A stretch of 64,000 nt of DNA, from positions 37,327 to 101,326 of the forward strand of contig CAZNKD010000009.1 in NCBI GenBank assembly GCA_964573615.1, given 5' to 3'. The notes beneath the pieces were generated by a model. It was not told where the DNA came from. It did not search any database and was given only the letters and a program-made list of their open reading frames with translations. Below, piece after piece: positions 28,599-37,839 of the stretch. The translations under genes were made by a program, and so were the position numbers. Position 1 is the first letter of the stretch; each line of letters opens with the position of its first letter. The DNA comes from an uncultured Desulfobacterales bacterium. Its GTDB lineage: Bacteria > Desulfobacterota > Dissulfuribacteria > Dissulfuribacterales > QOAL01.

Positions 28599-29405
28599 TC
28601 AGATCCGGCCGCCTGGGCCTCTTGGGTCAGGGTCGTTCAACTTTTCGCCAAGGCCCTCCTGCCCATCGTCTGTTTCCTGGATCTCTTCCATATCGGTCAG
28701 CACGTCTGGATCTGGTTCCGGATGGGTATCGAGATAGGCGATAAGATCGCGCTTGAACCGACCAAGCTCTTCTTCCGCCCTTTCAAGGCCCATTTCCGCA
28801 TCCCCGAACTGCCTGAGCTCCATGGCCAGCCTTGCATCTGAAAGGAGCAGATAGAGCTCGCTGGCCCTCAGCTGAAGCGACTCGGCATCAGGGGGTACCC
28901 GGCCCGAAAGGGAGTCGAGCTCCTCCTTTAGTTTCTGATAACGCTCCCTTAAAGAGCCCTCCTTCTTGGCTATGATGGCCCTTGCCTTTTCTGCTGCCTG
29001 ACGGGCATATTTGACAGCCTGCCTGGCAAGATAGTCCGCCTTCAGATAGGAACGCCTGGCTGCATACTCCTTTGCCTTCCTGAAAAGGGCAACTGCCTGA
29101 TCCCACTCTTCAGGGGCATACTTGGAGGCCTGGTAGAGCCTTGCATCCAATAGGGCGTCATTGGCCGCACTCCTGCTCTTTCGCCATTTGGCCCTCTTCT
29201 TTGCATTCGGGGTCTTCTCCCTGATCTTTTCGAGCTCTTTTAGGATCTCCTGCCTGATCTCCTGTCTGAGCTTTTTGGGATCTGAAAAGCTGAAGCCTGA
29301 AAGGCAGAAAAGGCCGAAGAGCAGGGCCATGGCCAGGCAAAGCCCCCTTAGAGGGCCTGGGATGCCGCTATCACTCTTTTTCTTTTTGGCCTTAGCGACC
29401 ATCAC
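28599..29405 (-). CDS. Hypothetical exported/lipoprotein-like helical protein (DUF4398-like)
   Basis: N-terminal signal (LCLAMALLFGLFCLSG), helical repeats and an acidic tail. The family call is tentative. Confidence 0.6.
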   Translation of the reverse strand: MMVAKAKKKKSDSGIPGPLRGLCLAMALLFGLFCLSGFSFSDPKKLRQEIRQEILKELEKIREKTPNAKKRAKWRKSRSAANDALLDARLYQASKYAPEEWDQAVALFRKAKEYAARRSYLKADYLARQAVKYARQAAEKARAIIAKKEGSLRERYQKLKEELDSLSGRVPPDAESLQLRASELYLLLSDARLAMELRQFGDAEMGLERAEEELGRFKRDLIAYLDTHPEPDPDVLTDMEEIQETDDGQEGLGEKLNDPDPRGPGGRI

Positions 29406-29446
29406 GATTCTCTCTCCTTACCAGGTTCCCCTGTTTCGGACCTCAC

Positions 29447-30787
29447 CTAACGGGAAAGGAGCAGATTGGGCACCATGTGGGTCTCTATCCACCTGCTGTC
29501 CCACCACTCGACCGGATTTATGAAGATGGAGGATGCCATGAGGCCAAAATGGAGATGATCCCCGCCTGCAAGCCCTGTTGTGCCTGTCCGGCCTATGACC
29601 TGTCCCTTCGAGACCTGATCGCCCTCGTTCACGGCAATGGAGCTGAGATGGGCATAGAGGCTCATGAGGCCGAGTCCGTGATCTATGACCACGGTATTTC
29701 CGTAGATACCGTTATAGCCGGCAAAGACCACCCTGCCGCTGTTGGCAGCAGGCACCTTTGCCCTTGCAACAGAAGCTATGTCGACACCCATGTGAAAGGC
29801 CTGATCGACCTCCTTTCCCTTGTAGAAGTAGTGGCGCTCATCTGCAAACCCCGCCTTTGGTGCGCCTGCAAAACGCTTGAACCTGCCACTCCAGAGCACC
29901 TCCGGAACACTATTGGAGGTCAAGGAGAGGAGGAAGTCGTTGTTCCGCCTCCTGAGCTCCCTGTTCACCTTTAGAAAGGTCTCTATCTGAGACTTGCCTG
30001 CAAGCTCTGGATATCGGCTCACGAAATCTGGCATCTTTGCCCTTAGAAAACCATCACTGATATTGATCCTGTCACGCACCTTCTTCCTGGCCAGCACCCT
30101 GTAGTTGAACCCGGCAGCAGCCAGGTTTCCGGCCATGTCCAGGGCCTCCACCACTATCCTTGCGGGCCTGTCCTTGTCATAGCGGATCCCCCAAATCGCC
30201 CTCCAGATGCCGTCTTTGCCCTTGAAGGCGGGGAAGAAGGTATCATCAACCCTTATGCCGCACCTCTTGACATCCTCATCTATTCTGAAGGATGTGGCGG
30301 CAGCTCCCCCCACCCTGACGTTGTGCACGGAGCTCAATACAGTGATCACCGGGGGCTTGGTGTCTATGTTTATCTCCGCCTGGGCCACGGCTACGTTTCC
30401 GGACATGCCGTTTCTAAAGGAGGCATCCCGGGCCGTGATCCGCAAAAGGGCCCTGCCCTGCTTAAGCCCCAACTCCTTGGGCATCACCTGCCACTCCACC
30501 TCCCTGCTCTCTATCCCCGTGCCTGTAAGATATGAGATCCTGGGAAACTGCTCCGATGCCACTGGATGGGCCTTGCCTTCTTGGATGATCTCGGCCGTTA
30601 TGAGGCTGATGCCCGTGCCCTCATCCTGGACCTTTATGACAATCCTGTTCTTCTCGCCAAGGAGCACAGGCACCTGAACAGGGGTTATGACCGGGCTGTT
30701 GCCCTCAAAGAGCCTGTAGCCCAAGAAGCCTCCAACACCTACTGCCAGAATGATAAGCACAAGGACTATGGTTCCTATTATGCGCAT
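29447..30787 (-). CDS. M23 family metallopeptidase
   Basis: N-terminal TM segment; HMGVDIA (HxxxD) and GDHLHFG (HxH) catalytic motifs. Confidence 0.88.
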   Translation of the reverse strand: MRIIGTIVLVLIILAVGVGGFLGYRLFEGNSPVITPVQVPVLLGEKNRIVIKVQDEGTGISLITAEIIQEGKAHPVASEQFPRISYLTGTGIESREVEWQVMPKELGLKQGRALLRITARDASFRNGMSGNVAVAQAEINIDTKPPVITVLSSVHNVRVGGAAATSFRIDEDVKRCGIRVDDTFFPAFKGKDGIWRAIWGIRYDKDRPARIVVEALDMAGNLAAAGFNYRVLARKKVRDRINISDGFLRAKMPDFVSRYPELAGKSQIETFLKVNRELRRRNNDFLLSLTSNSVPEVLWSGRFKRFAGAPKAGFADERHYFYKGKEVDQAFHMGVDIASVARAKVPAANSGRVVFAGYNGIYGNTVVIDHGLGLMSLYAHLSSIAVNEGDQVSKGQVIGRTGTTGLAGGDHLHFGLMASSIFINPVEWWDSRWIETHMVPNLLLSR

Positions 30788-30856
30788 AGATCTCTCCTGC
30801 CCTCAGGGGGCCTCTCTTCTCTTGATGGATACCTCGAACCGGTTCAACTGGCCGGT

Positions 30857-31444
30857 TCAGCTGGTCCCGATCTCCATGCCGTTGAACCTGTTCATCGCAG
30901 AATCGATGCCATTTTCTACGAAGTGGATCACGGCATCCCTTGCCACCTCCAATACCTGCTCCACAACCTGGAGCTCATCACTGGAGAACGGGCTGAGTAC
31001 ATATCTGTCTATGGGTATGGGCAGTGCCGGCCGGCCTATGCCTACCTTCAGCCGCGGAAAGGCCTTTGTCCCAAGCTGCTCTATAATGGACCTTATACCA
31101 TTGTGCCCCCCGGCACCACCGCCCCTTACCAGCTTTATCCTGCCAAGGTCCAGATCCAGATCGTCATGGACCACGAGGATATCCTCCGGGGCTATCTTGT
31201 AGTAGCCGGCACTCTTCTGGAGGGCAAAGCCGCTCCTGTTCATGTAGGTCTGTGGTTTTATGAGCACTACCCGCTTGCCAGCGATGGTGAGCTGGGCCTC
31301 AAGGCATTGGCGTGCATCCTGTCTCTTGAAGCCCTCATGGTAGGTATCTGCCAACAGATCCAGCACCATGAAGCCGATATTATGGCGGGTATTTTGGTAC
31401 TTTAGACCAGGATTTCCAAGCCCGGCCACAAGAAGCCTGGACAA
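30857..31444 (-). CDS. pth: Peptidyl-tRNA hydrolase
   Basis: GLGNPGLKYQNTRHNIGF. TTG start. Confidence 0.93.
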   Translation of the reverse strand: MSRLLVAGLGNPGLKYQNTRHNIGFMVLDLLADTYHEGFKRQDARQCLEAQLTIAGKRVVLIKPQTYMNRSGFALQKSAGYYKIAPEDILVVHDDLDLDLGRIKLVRGGGAGGHNGIRSIIEQLGTKAFPRLKVGIGRPALPIPIDRYVLSPFSSDELQVVEQVLEVARDAVIHFVENGIDSAMNRFNGMEIGTS

Positions 31445-31636
31445 TTGATGAGCCTCGAATCCCTTTGCGCAAAGGATGGGGAGCGCAAATTCATGATCGG
31501 TGCCGATACCGGTCCGGCACCGTGCCGCAACAAGACAGGGCCTGCCGCGACCGTGCCGGCAGGCCCGAACAAAAGCCGAAATCTATCAGGCAGCCATTTT
31601 CCATAGCCACCCGGGGCAGATCTTGACTATACGAGA

Positions 31637-32296
31637 TTATTCCTCGCCCTCTGAAGCGGGCTCCTCTGCCTCCTCGGCACCAGCCTCCATGCCCTCGATC
31701 TCCTCCTCTTCCTCGGCAGGCTCTTCCACAGCACCGCCGACCACGGTGACGATGGTGGTATCAGGCGGATCCATGAACTTGATCCCTTCAGGCGGAGTGA
31801 GATCGGAGACGTGGAGTGCATCTCCCACATCGAGCTCGCTGATGTCCACCTCGATCTCTCTGGGGATATCGAAGGGCAGGCAGGAGATGGTGAGTGTACG
31901 CTCCAGGGTCTCCAGTACACCGCCATGGAACTCTATACCCTTGGCCTTTCCTACGATCTTTATGGGCACCTCCACCTTGACCTCCTGCTCGGCAGAGATG
32001 GCGTAGAAGTCTATGTGCCTTATCCTGTCGCTTACAGGGTGGCGCTGAACCTCCTTGACCACGGCGAGCTGCTCTTTGCTGTCTCCGTTGTTCTTGAGGT
32101 TGAGGGTGAAGATCACCTGCTCTCCCTGGGCCTTGAAAAGGACCCTGTTGAAGTCCCTCTCATCCACGCTCAGGGATACCGGCTCCATTCCCGGGCCATA
32201 TATGACCCCCGGGATCTTGCCATCCTGTCTGAGCTTCCTGGCAACCCCCTTGCCCTTTTCCTTTCTTACGTCTGCATCTAATGATATCTGGATCAT
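31637..32296 (-). CDS. rplY: 50S ribosomal protein L25 / general stress protein Ctc (long form)
   Basis: L25 N-terminal domain plus Ctc C-terminal domain and an acidic tail. Confidence 0.93.
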   Translation of the reverse strand: MIQISLDADVRKEKGKGVARKLRQDGKIPGVIYGPGMEPVSLSVDERDFNRVLFKAQGEQVIFTLNLKNNGDSKEQLAVVKEVQRHPVSDRIRHIDFYAISAEQEVKVEVPIKIVGKAKGIEFHGGVLETLERTLTISCLPFDIPREIEVDISELDVGDALHVSDLTPPEGIKFMDPPDTTIVTVVGGAVEEPAEEEEEIEGMEAGAEEAEEPASEGEE

Positions 32297-32342
32297 TTCT
32301 CTACTCTCCTGATCACTATTGAGATTTCATCTTTAATTATAG

Positions 32343-33287
32343 TTAGACGAACAGGGAACTCACTGAATCGTCGTCATGTATCCTTGAGATGGCCTCTCCG
32401 AGCAGGGACGCTACAGAAAAGACCTTGATCTTGTCAAGCTTCCTGGCCTCGGGGCCAAGGGGAATGGTGTTGGTGACCATCACGCTCTTCAAGGGGCTCT
32501 CGGCTATCCTGCCCACCGCTGGCCCTGAAAGCACCGGATGGGTGGCACAGGCATGGACCTCCCTGGCCCCGTGCTCCTTCAGTGCCACGGCGGCATTGCA
32601 CAGTGTGCCCGCCGTGTCCACCATGTCGTCCAGGAGTACCGCGATCTTGTCCTTCACATCTCCGATGATATGCATCACCTGGGACTCGTTGGCCTTTTCG
32701 CGACGCTTGTCTATGATGGCAAGCCCGGTGCCCAGACGCTTGGCAAAGGCCCGGGTGCGCTCCACACCACCTGCGTCAGGGGAGACCATGACCGTGTCAT
32801 CCCTTGGAAACTTCTTCAATGGCTCAAGCAGTACTGGTGCCGCAAAGAGATGGTCCACCGGGATACTGAAAAAGCCCTGGATCTGGCCTGCATGGAGATC
32901 CATGGCCAAGAGCCTCCTGGCCCCTGCAACCGTGATGATGTCTGCCACGAGCTTTGCCGAAATGGGCACACGCGGGGCCGCCTTTCTGTCCTGACGGGCA
33001 TAGCCATAGTAGGGGACCACGGCGGTGATCCTCCTGGCAGAGGCACGCCTGACCGCATCGATCATGATGAGCAGCTCCATGAGATTGTCGTTCACAGGCG
33101 GACAGGTGGGCTGGATGATGAAGACGTCAGCACCTCTCACGTTTTCCCCGATCTCCACGAAGACCTCTCCGTCGCTGAACCTCTTAACATAGGCTCGGCC
33201 AAGAGGCATGCTGAGATAGTCACATATCTCGTGGGCAAGTTCGGGATGGGCATTGCCAGAGAAGATCTTGATCTTGTTGATGGCCAT
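32343..33287 (-). CDS. prs: Ribose-phosphate pyrophosphokinase
   Basis: [19 protein letters not shown] and the PRPP-binding loop DDMVDTAGT. Confidence 0.95.
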   Translation of the reverse strand: MAINKIKIFSGNAHPELAHEICDYLSMPLGRAYVKRFSDGEVFVEIGENVRGADVFIIQPTCPPVNDNLMELLIMIDAVRRASARRITAVVPYYGYARQDRKAAPRVPISAKLVADIITVAGARRLLAMDLHAGQIQGFFSIPVDHLFAAPVLLEPLKKFPRDDTVMVSPDAGGVERTRAFAKRLGTGLAIIDKRREKANESQVMHIIGDVKDKIAVLLDDMVDTAGTLCNAAVALKEHGAREVHACATHPVLSGPAVGRIAESPLKSVMVTNTIPLGPEARKLDKIKVFSVASLLGEAISRIHDDDSVSSLFV

Positions 33288-33425
33288 TTTTCTTCAGACT
33301 CCTGGGATTAGCTGAAACCTTCTCAAAAATCGATCTGCCGCAACCGGATGCGGCACAACCTATATGACAAAAATAGCCAGGCGGCGCCTGGCCTGTTGTC
33401 GGCTGCAGAATTCAAATCTGACAAA

Positions 33426-33500
33426 TGGCTGGGGCGGCAGGATTCGAACCTGCGAATGCGGGTTCCAAAGACCCGTGTCTTACCGCTTGACGACGCCCCA
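33426..33500 (-). tRNA. tRNA-Gln (anticodon UUG), CCA encoded
   Basis: The minus strand reads TGGGGCGTCGTCAAGCGGTAAGACACGGGTCTTTGGAACCCGCATTCGCAGGTTCGAATCCTGCCGCCCCAGCCA. It folds as a cloverleaf with anticodon stem CGGGT/ACCCG and loop CT-TTG-GA, and is close to E. coli tRNA-Gln. Confidence 0.93.
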
Positions 33501-33588
33501 GCTGAACTCTCTTCCATGATTACAAGGCTAAAACAGAGCTAAAAGTTGCCAGCGATAAAGCATGGATTGAACCCAAACGCGCCCGCTC

Positions 33589-34434
33589 TCAAACAAGGCT
33601 GCCGGCCACACAGGTCTTTATCCCGAGTCCGCCTATGCACTCCTGCCCCTGAAGGGCCGCCTGCCTCGTGGAAAAGACCCCGAAGACGGTGGAGCCGCTG
33701 CCGGACATGACGGCCGCCTCGGCGCCGCAGGACATAAGTCTCTCCTTGATGGTTTCTATGAGCGGAAACCGCCCGCAGACCGGTTTTTCAAGGTCATTAT
33801 ACCAGATCCTGCCCGCTTTTAGCTCGCGCGGCTCAAAAATAGTTTTATTACCATGCCTTGTCAACTTGAAATTGGAATAGGCCCAGGCCGTGCTCACACT
33901 GAAATCGGGCAGTACCAAAAGATACCACCTGGGCTCGACCTGAATGGGCTCAAGCTCCGTGCCCGTGCCTCTGCCGATGGCGGCCCTGTGGGGAAGCAGA
34001 AAGAATGGGACGTCTGCCCCGAGCCGGGCCGCCAGCTCCATCAGCTCTTGCCGGGAGAGCGGATTGCCTGCAAACTCATTCAGGCACTTGAGGGTCGTGG
34101 CCGCATTGCTGCTTCCACCTCCAAGTCCGCCCCCTGCAGGAATGGCCTTTTCCACCTCTACATATATGTCAAGGGCGAGGCCGGTGGCCTCCATGAAGCA
34201 CGAGGCCGCCTTGCCGATCAGGTTCTGCCCCGGCTCCGGGAACCAGGCAGGGCCCTTTATATCCAGGCTCGGTCTGCCGGGGCCGGCAGGCCTCCTTGTA
34301 ATCCTGAAGCAGAGCCTGTCCTTCAGATCAATCTTTTCAAAGAGGGTATAGAGCTCGTGATAGCCATCCTCCCTCTTTGCCGTGATGAACAGGAAACGGT
34401 TGATCTTGGCCGGGGAGTCTGCCTCTATCATCAA
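33589..34434 (-). CDS. ispE: 4-diphosphocytidyl-2-C-methyl-D-erythritol kinase
   Basis: PAKINRFL and the GHMP kinase motif GGLGGGSSNAA. Confidence 0.92.
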   Translation of the reverse strand: MMIEADSPAKINRFLFITAKREDGYHELYTLFEKIDLKDRLCFRITRRPAGPGRPSLDIKGPAWFPEPGQNLIGKAASCFMEATGLALDIYVEVEKAIPAGGGLGGGSSNAATTLKCLNEFAGNPLSRQELMELAARLGADVPFFLLPHRAAIGRGTGTELEPIQVEPRWYLLVLPDFSVSTAWAYSNFKLTRHGNKTIFEPRELKAGRIWYNDLEKPVCGRFPLIETIKERLMSCGAEAAVMSGSGSTVFGVFSTRQAALQGQECIGGLGIKTCVAGSLV

Positions 34435-34733
34435 CCCGCCTTCTTTATGAAGAGCATCCTCAGGTCGAAGAGCATCGAATCGATGAGCCTTTCCTCCTCT
34501 TCAGTGAGGTTGCCAGCCGTCTTCTCCTTGAGCATGGCTATGGTGTCGATGGCATGGCGTGCAAGGTCCAGGTCCACAGAGGTCTTCTCGCTGCCTGGCT
34601 CCGGCAGTTCACCCAGATGGACCAGGGCAGAGGTGTTGAGTGAAAGCAGAAAGGTTGCAAAGGTCACCTGAGGCAGTACTCCGGCCTGTGCCTCCTGAGT
34701 GGCGCTCTCGTCCTTTTTCTGTTCCTGTGCCAT
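34431..34733 (-). CDS. DUF1844-like small protein
   Basis: The FATFLLSLNTSALVHLGE...AMLKEKTAGNLTEEE pattern is typical of DUF1844. The start is trimmed to the ATG at 34733, which is preceded by AAGGAGG. The track ORF starts at 34838. Confidence 0.75.
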   Translation of the reverse strand: MAQEQKKDESATQEAQAGVLPQVTFATFLLSLNTSALVHLGELPEPGSEKTSVDLDLARHAIDTIAMLKEKTAGNLTEEEERLIDSMLFDLRMLFIKKAG

Positions 34734-34845
34734 GGTGCTGCCTCCTTGTGTCGATGGCTTGTTTGTAAGTGAAGTTAGAACAGCTCCCCCCAAGAGGCAA
34801 GCCCCTTGCTGCCCGATTGTACTGCAGCTATAGTGCAAGGTTACA

Positions 34846-36342
34846 ATGAGTCCAAAGGACCCTTTCGATCAGCTCTTTCCCCCCTCAGCCCTGAACGGGG
34901 TGCTGCCCGGCCATTGCAAACGGCCCGATCAGTCCGATCGGCAGGATGAGGGGGCCGATTCATCACACCAGGGGCCCCCTTCGCCCGAGGAGGAGATCTG
35001 GTCTGTATCAGAGCTCATCAACAGGCTCAATCTCATGCTGGACGTGGAGTTCAGCTATATCAAGGTGGCAGGCGAGCTGTCCGGCATCAAGGTTCCCCCA
35101 TCTGGACATGCGTATTTCACCCTGAAGGATGAAGCAGCACAGCTCGCTGCAGTCCTCTTCAGGGGGCGTGCAGCCAGCTATCTGGATCTGCTGAAGGAGG
35201 GGAGCATGCTCCTTTGCACGGGATCTTTGAACGTCTACAGGGCCAGGGGGAGCCTTCAGCTGATCGTCGATAGCGTAAAGCCCTTTGGTGAAGGGGCCCT
35301 GAAGGCCGCCTTCGAGGCACTGAAAAAGCGCCTCTTCGACGAGGGGCTCTTTGACGACAGGCACAAGAGAGCCATCCCATATCCGCCAAGGCGGATCTTC
35401 CTCATCACATCCCCTTCCGGTGCAGCGGTGAGAGATTTCATAAAGAGTGCAGGGGCACGGTTCTGCACACCGGAGATCATCCTCTGTCCGAGCACCGTAC
35501 AGGGCGACGAGGCACCAGCACAGCTCATTGCGGCCCTGGACCTGGCAGAATCCATGTCAGGAGAGGAGGACGTCATAGTGATAACACGCGGGGGAGGCTC
35601 CATGGAGGACCTTTGGGCCTTCAACGACGAGGCCCTTGCAAGGCGGATCTTTGCCTGCAGGGTCCCGGTGATCTCTGCCGTGGGCCATGAGATAGACTTC
35701 ACCATCTCGGATTTCGTGGCAGATGCCAGGGCTGCAACCCCGACTGCGGCTGCCCACCTGGTGCTCCCCTCAAGGCTGGAGCTCAAATCCGAGCTCGATG
35801 GCCTGAAGGTGCGGGCAGAAGCGGCAGTTGCCGCCTTGATCGGAGAGAAGAAGAGAAGGCTCGCCCATCTGACAGCCCGTCTGAGGCACCCGCGACACAC
35901 TCTCACAGAGGGCAGGTTGAGGCTTGATGAGCTTTCAGGAAGACTTTTCTCAAACATGATCGCCCTGCTCAGCGACAAGGGTGCAAGGCTCCAAAGGGCC
36001 GGCTCCCTGCTCGAGATAAATTCACCGGCACACGATATCCACCGGCTCAGACACAGGCTCCAGGATCTGCGGCACCGCCTTGAGGCCGGGATCACCAGCG
36101 CCATGCACGAGCGGGCCATGGCCTTTTCCTCCCTTGCAGCAAGGCTTCAGGCCGCAAGCCCGCTTGCATGCCTCGAAAGGGGCTTCTGCCTGGTGACCAA
36201 GATGGAGGGGGGCAAGGATACGGGAAGGGTGCTGAGGGATGCCAGGCAGACAGAAGTGGGTGAGGAGTTGAAGATCAGACCAAGAAGGGGCACGGTTATA
36301 TGCTCGGTAAAAGAGATAATAGATACAGAGGCAAAGACATGA
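34846..36342 (+). CDS. xseA: Exodeoxyribonuclease VII large subunit
   Basis: OB-fold N-terminus (SVSELINRLN...VAGELSG), catalytic core and coiled-coil tail. No xseB is adjacent. Confidence 0.9.
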   Translation: MSPKDPFDQLFPPSALNGVLPGHCKRPDQSDRQDEGADSSHQGPPSPEEEIWSVSELINRLNLMLDVEFSYIKVAGELSGIKVPPSGHAYFTLKDEAAQLAAVLFRGRAASYLDLLKEGSMLLCTGSLNVYRARGSLQLIVDSVKPFGEGALKAAFEALKKRLFDEGLFDDRHKRAIPYPPRRIFLITSPSGAAVRDFIKSAGARFCTPEIILCPSTVQGDEAPAQLIAALDLAESMSGEEDVIVITRGGGSMEDLWAFNDEALARRIFACRVPVISAVGHEIDFTISDFVADARAATPTAAAHLVLPSRLELKSELDGLKVRAEAAVAALIGEKKRRLAHLTARLRHPRHTLTEGRLRLDELSGRLFSNMIALLSDKGARLQRAGSLLEINSPAHDIHRLRHRLQDLRHRLEAGITSAMHERAMAFSSLAARLQAASPLACLERGFCLVTKMEGGKDTGRVLRDARQTEVGEELKIRPRRGTVICSVKEIIDTEAKT

Positions 36343-37358
36343 AGGGGGTGCCTTCAAGGAGGCAGAAAGAGGGCAGGATCTTGACCGTGGCCATTTTCAG
36401 GTCCGTATTCATTGTCCTGGCAATCACCTTCTTCCTTTCGCTACCGGTCGCCCGGGCCGCCAAAGAGGGGGGCCAAAAGGGGCGGCAAGAGACCTCTGTC
36501 AGGCCAGAAATATCCGTAAGGCCAAGGGTGCTCCACCCGGGCCAGGCAGGGCTCGTTACGATTGTCTTTCCTTCAGGGCACATCCCGGCCCGGGTCGGGC
36601 TGCGCTTCAAGCAAAGGGCCATTCCCTTGAAGGAGGAAGGGACAGGCAGGTTTCTGGGCCTGTTTCCCCTCTCTTTGAAGGAGCCTGTAGGAGATAAGGT
36701 GCTCGAACTGTCGTGGACCGAGGGGCCGGAGGCAGAAGGCCCTCCCAATATATGCAGGATAGGGATAAGGGTCGAGCCCAAAAGGTATCGGCAGGAGCAT
36801 CTCAAGGTCTCGAAGAAGATGGTCGAGTTCTCGAAAGAGACCCTGGACAGGGTGCTCGCCGATCAAAGGGCGGTCAAGAAGGCTGCTTCCGGGCTCAAAC
36901 CTGTCATGTGGGAGCTTCCGTTCATCTGGCCTGTGGACAGCAGGATCACAAGCCCCTTTGGGCTCCGGCGTTTTTTCAACAACAGGCCCAGAAGCCCCCA
37001 TTCAGGTGTGGACCTCAAGGCCTCTGAGGGCCAGCCGGTACTGAGTGCCAATTATGGCGTCATAACCCTTGCACGGCAGTGCTACCTGTCAGGCAATACC
37101 CTGGTGGTGGACCATGGCGGCGGCGTGGCCACCATCTATGCCCATCTTTCCAGGATGGATGTCCGGGAGGGTCAGCGGGTGGACAAGGGCCAGGTCATTG
37201 GCCTTGCAGGCTCCACCGGCAGGGTCACCGGCCCACATCTTCACTGGGGTGTGAGCATACTGGGAGTAAGGGTGGACCCTGAGGCCTTCATGTCTGTAGC
37301 AGGCTCTCGCCTTACTGGTTCAAAATTAAATGCCGCTGCCCCACGATCCGAAAAATAG
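36339..37358 (+). CDS. M23 family metallopeptidase
   Basis: HSGVDLK and GPHLHWG motifs. The ATG at 36339 overlaps the xseA stop (ATGA). Signal/TM segment near the N-terminus. Confidence 0.85.
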   Translation: MKGVPSRRQKEGRILTVAIFRSVFIVLAITFFLSLPVARAAKEGGQKGRQETSVRPEISVRPRVLHPGQAGLVTIVFPSGHIPARVGLRFKQRAIPLKEEGTGRFLGLFPLSLKEPVGDKVLELSWTEGPEAEGPPNICRIGIRVEPKRYRQEHLKVSKKMVEFSKETLDRVLADQRAVKKAASGLKPVMWELPFIWPVDSRITSPFGLRRFFNNRPRSPHSGVDLKASEGQPVLSANYGVITLARQCYLSGNTLVVDHGGGVATIYAHLSRMDVREGQRVDKGQVIGLAGSTGRVTGPHLHWGVSILGVRVDPEAFMSVAGSRLTGSKLNAAAPRSEK

Positions 37359-37422
37359 AACAGGCACCCGGAGAACTGGAAAAACAGGCCCAGGTGCAAC
37401 TCTATCCCATCCAGGCGGCACT

Positions 37423-37830
37423 ATGGACAGCAAAGGTATCGAATTGACCGGTTTGAATCTGGCTGCACCAGCAGCCGTGGCCAAGAGCATCAAGAAGGAG
37501 TCGTCCCCCGTCCGTCCGGTAACCAGGATGGAGAAGGCCGAGCTGATGCCCCGTCACCTGAAGGATGAACAGGCCCATGAAACAGGGACCAAGACGATCA
37601 GCCAGGAGGAGGCCCAGGAAGCGGCCGAGATCCTGCAGGAATACCTGGCAGAAAACCCTAACCTGGAGGCCAGATGGAACTTCGATGAGGAACGGGGGAT
37701 CCTCGTCGTGGAGATAAGGGACAAAAAGACGGGAGAGATCCTGCGCCAGATCCCTCCCGAAGAGATCCTTTCAGGCAGAGTGTTGGAACGGTACGGAAAG
37801 AGCGGCAACCTCATAGACGAGATCGCCTGA
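37423..37830 (+). CDS. FlaG-like protein
   Basis: The C-terminal WNFDEERGILVVEIRDKKTGEILRQIPPEEIL matches the FlaG family core. The start is trimmed to MDSKG. Confidence 0.65.
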   Translation: MDSKGIELTGLNLAAPAAVAKSIKKESSPVRPVTRMEKAELMPRHLKDEQAHETGTKTISQEEAQEAAEILQEYLAENPNLEARWNFDEERGILVVEIRDKKTGEILRQIPPEEILSGRVLERYGKSGNLIDEIA

Positions 37831-37839
37831 GGCCCTGGC

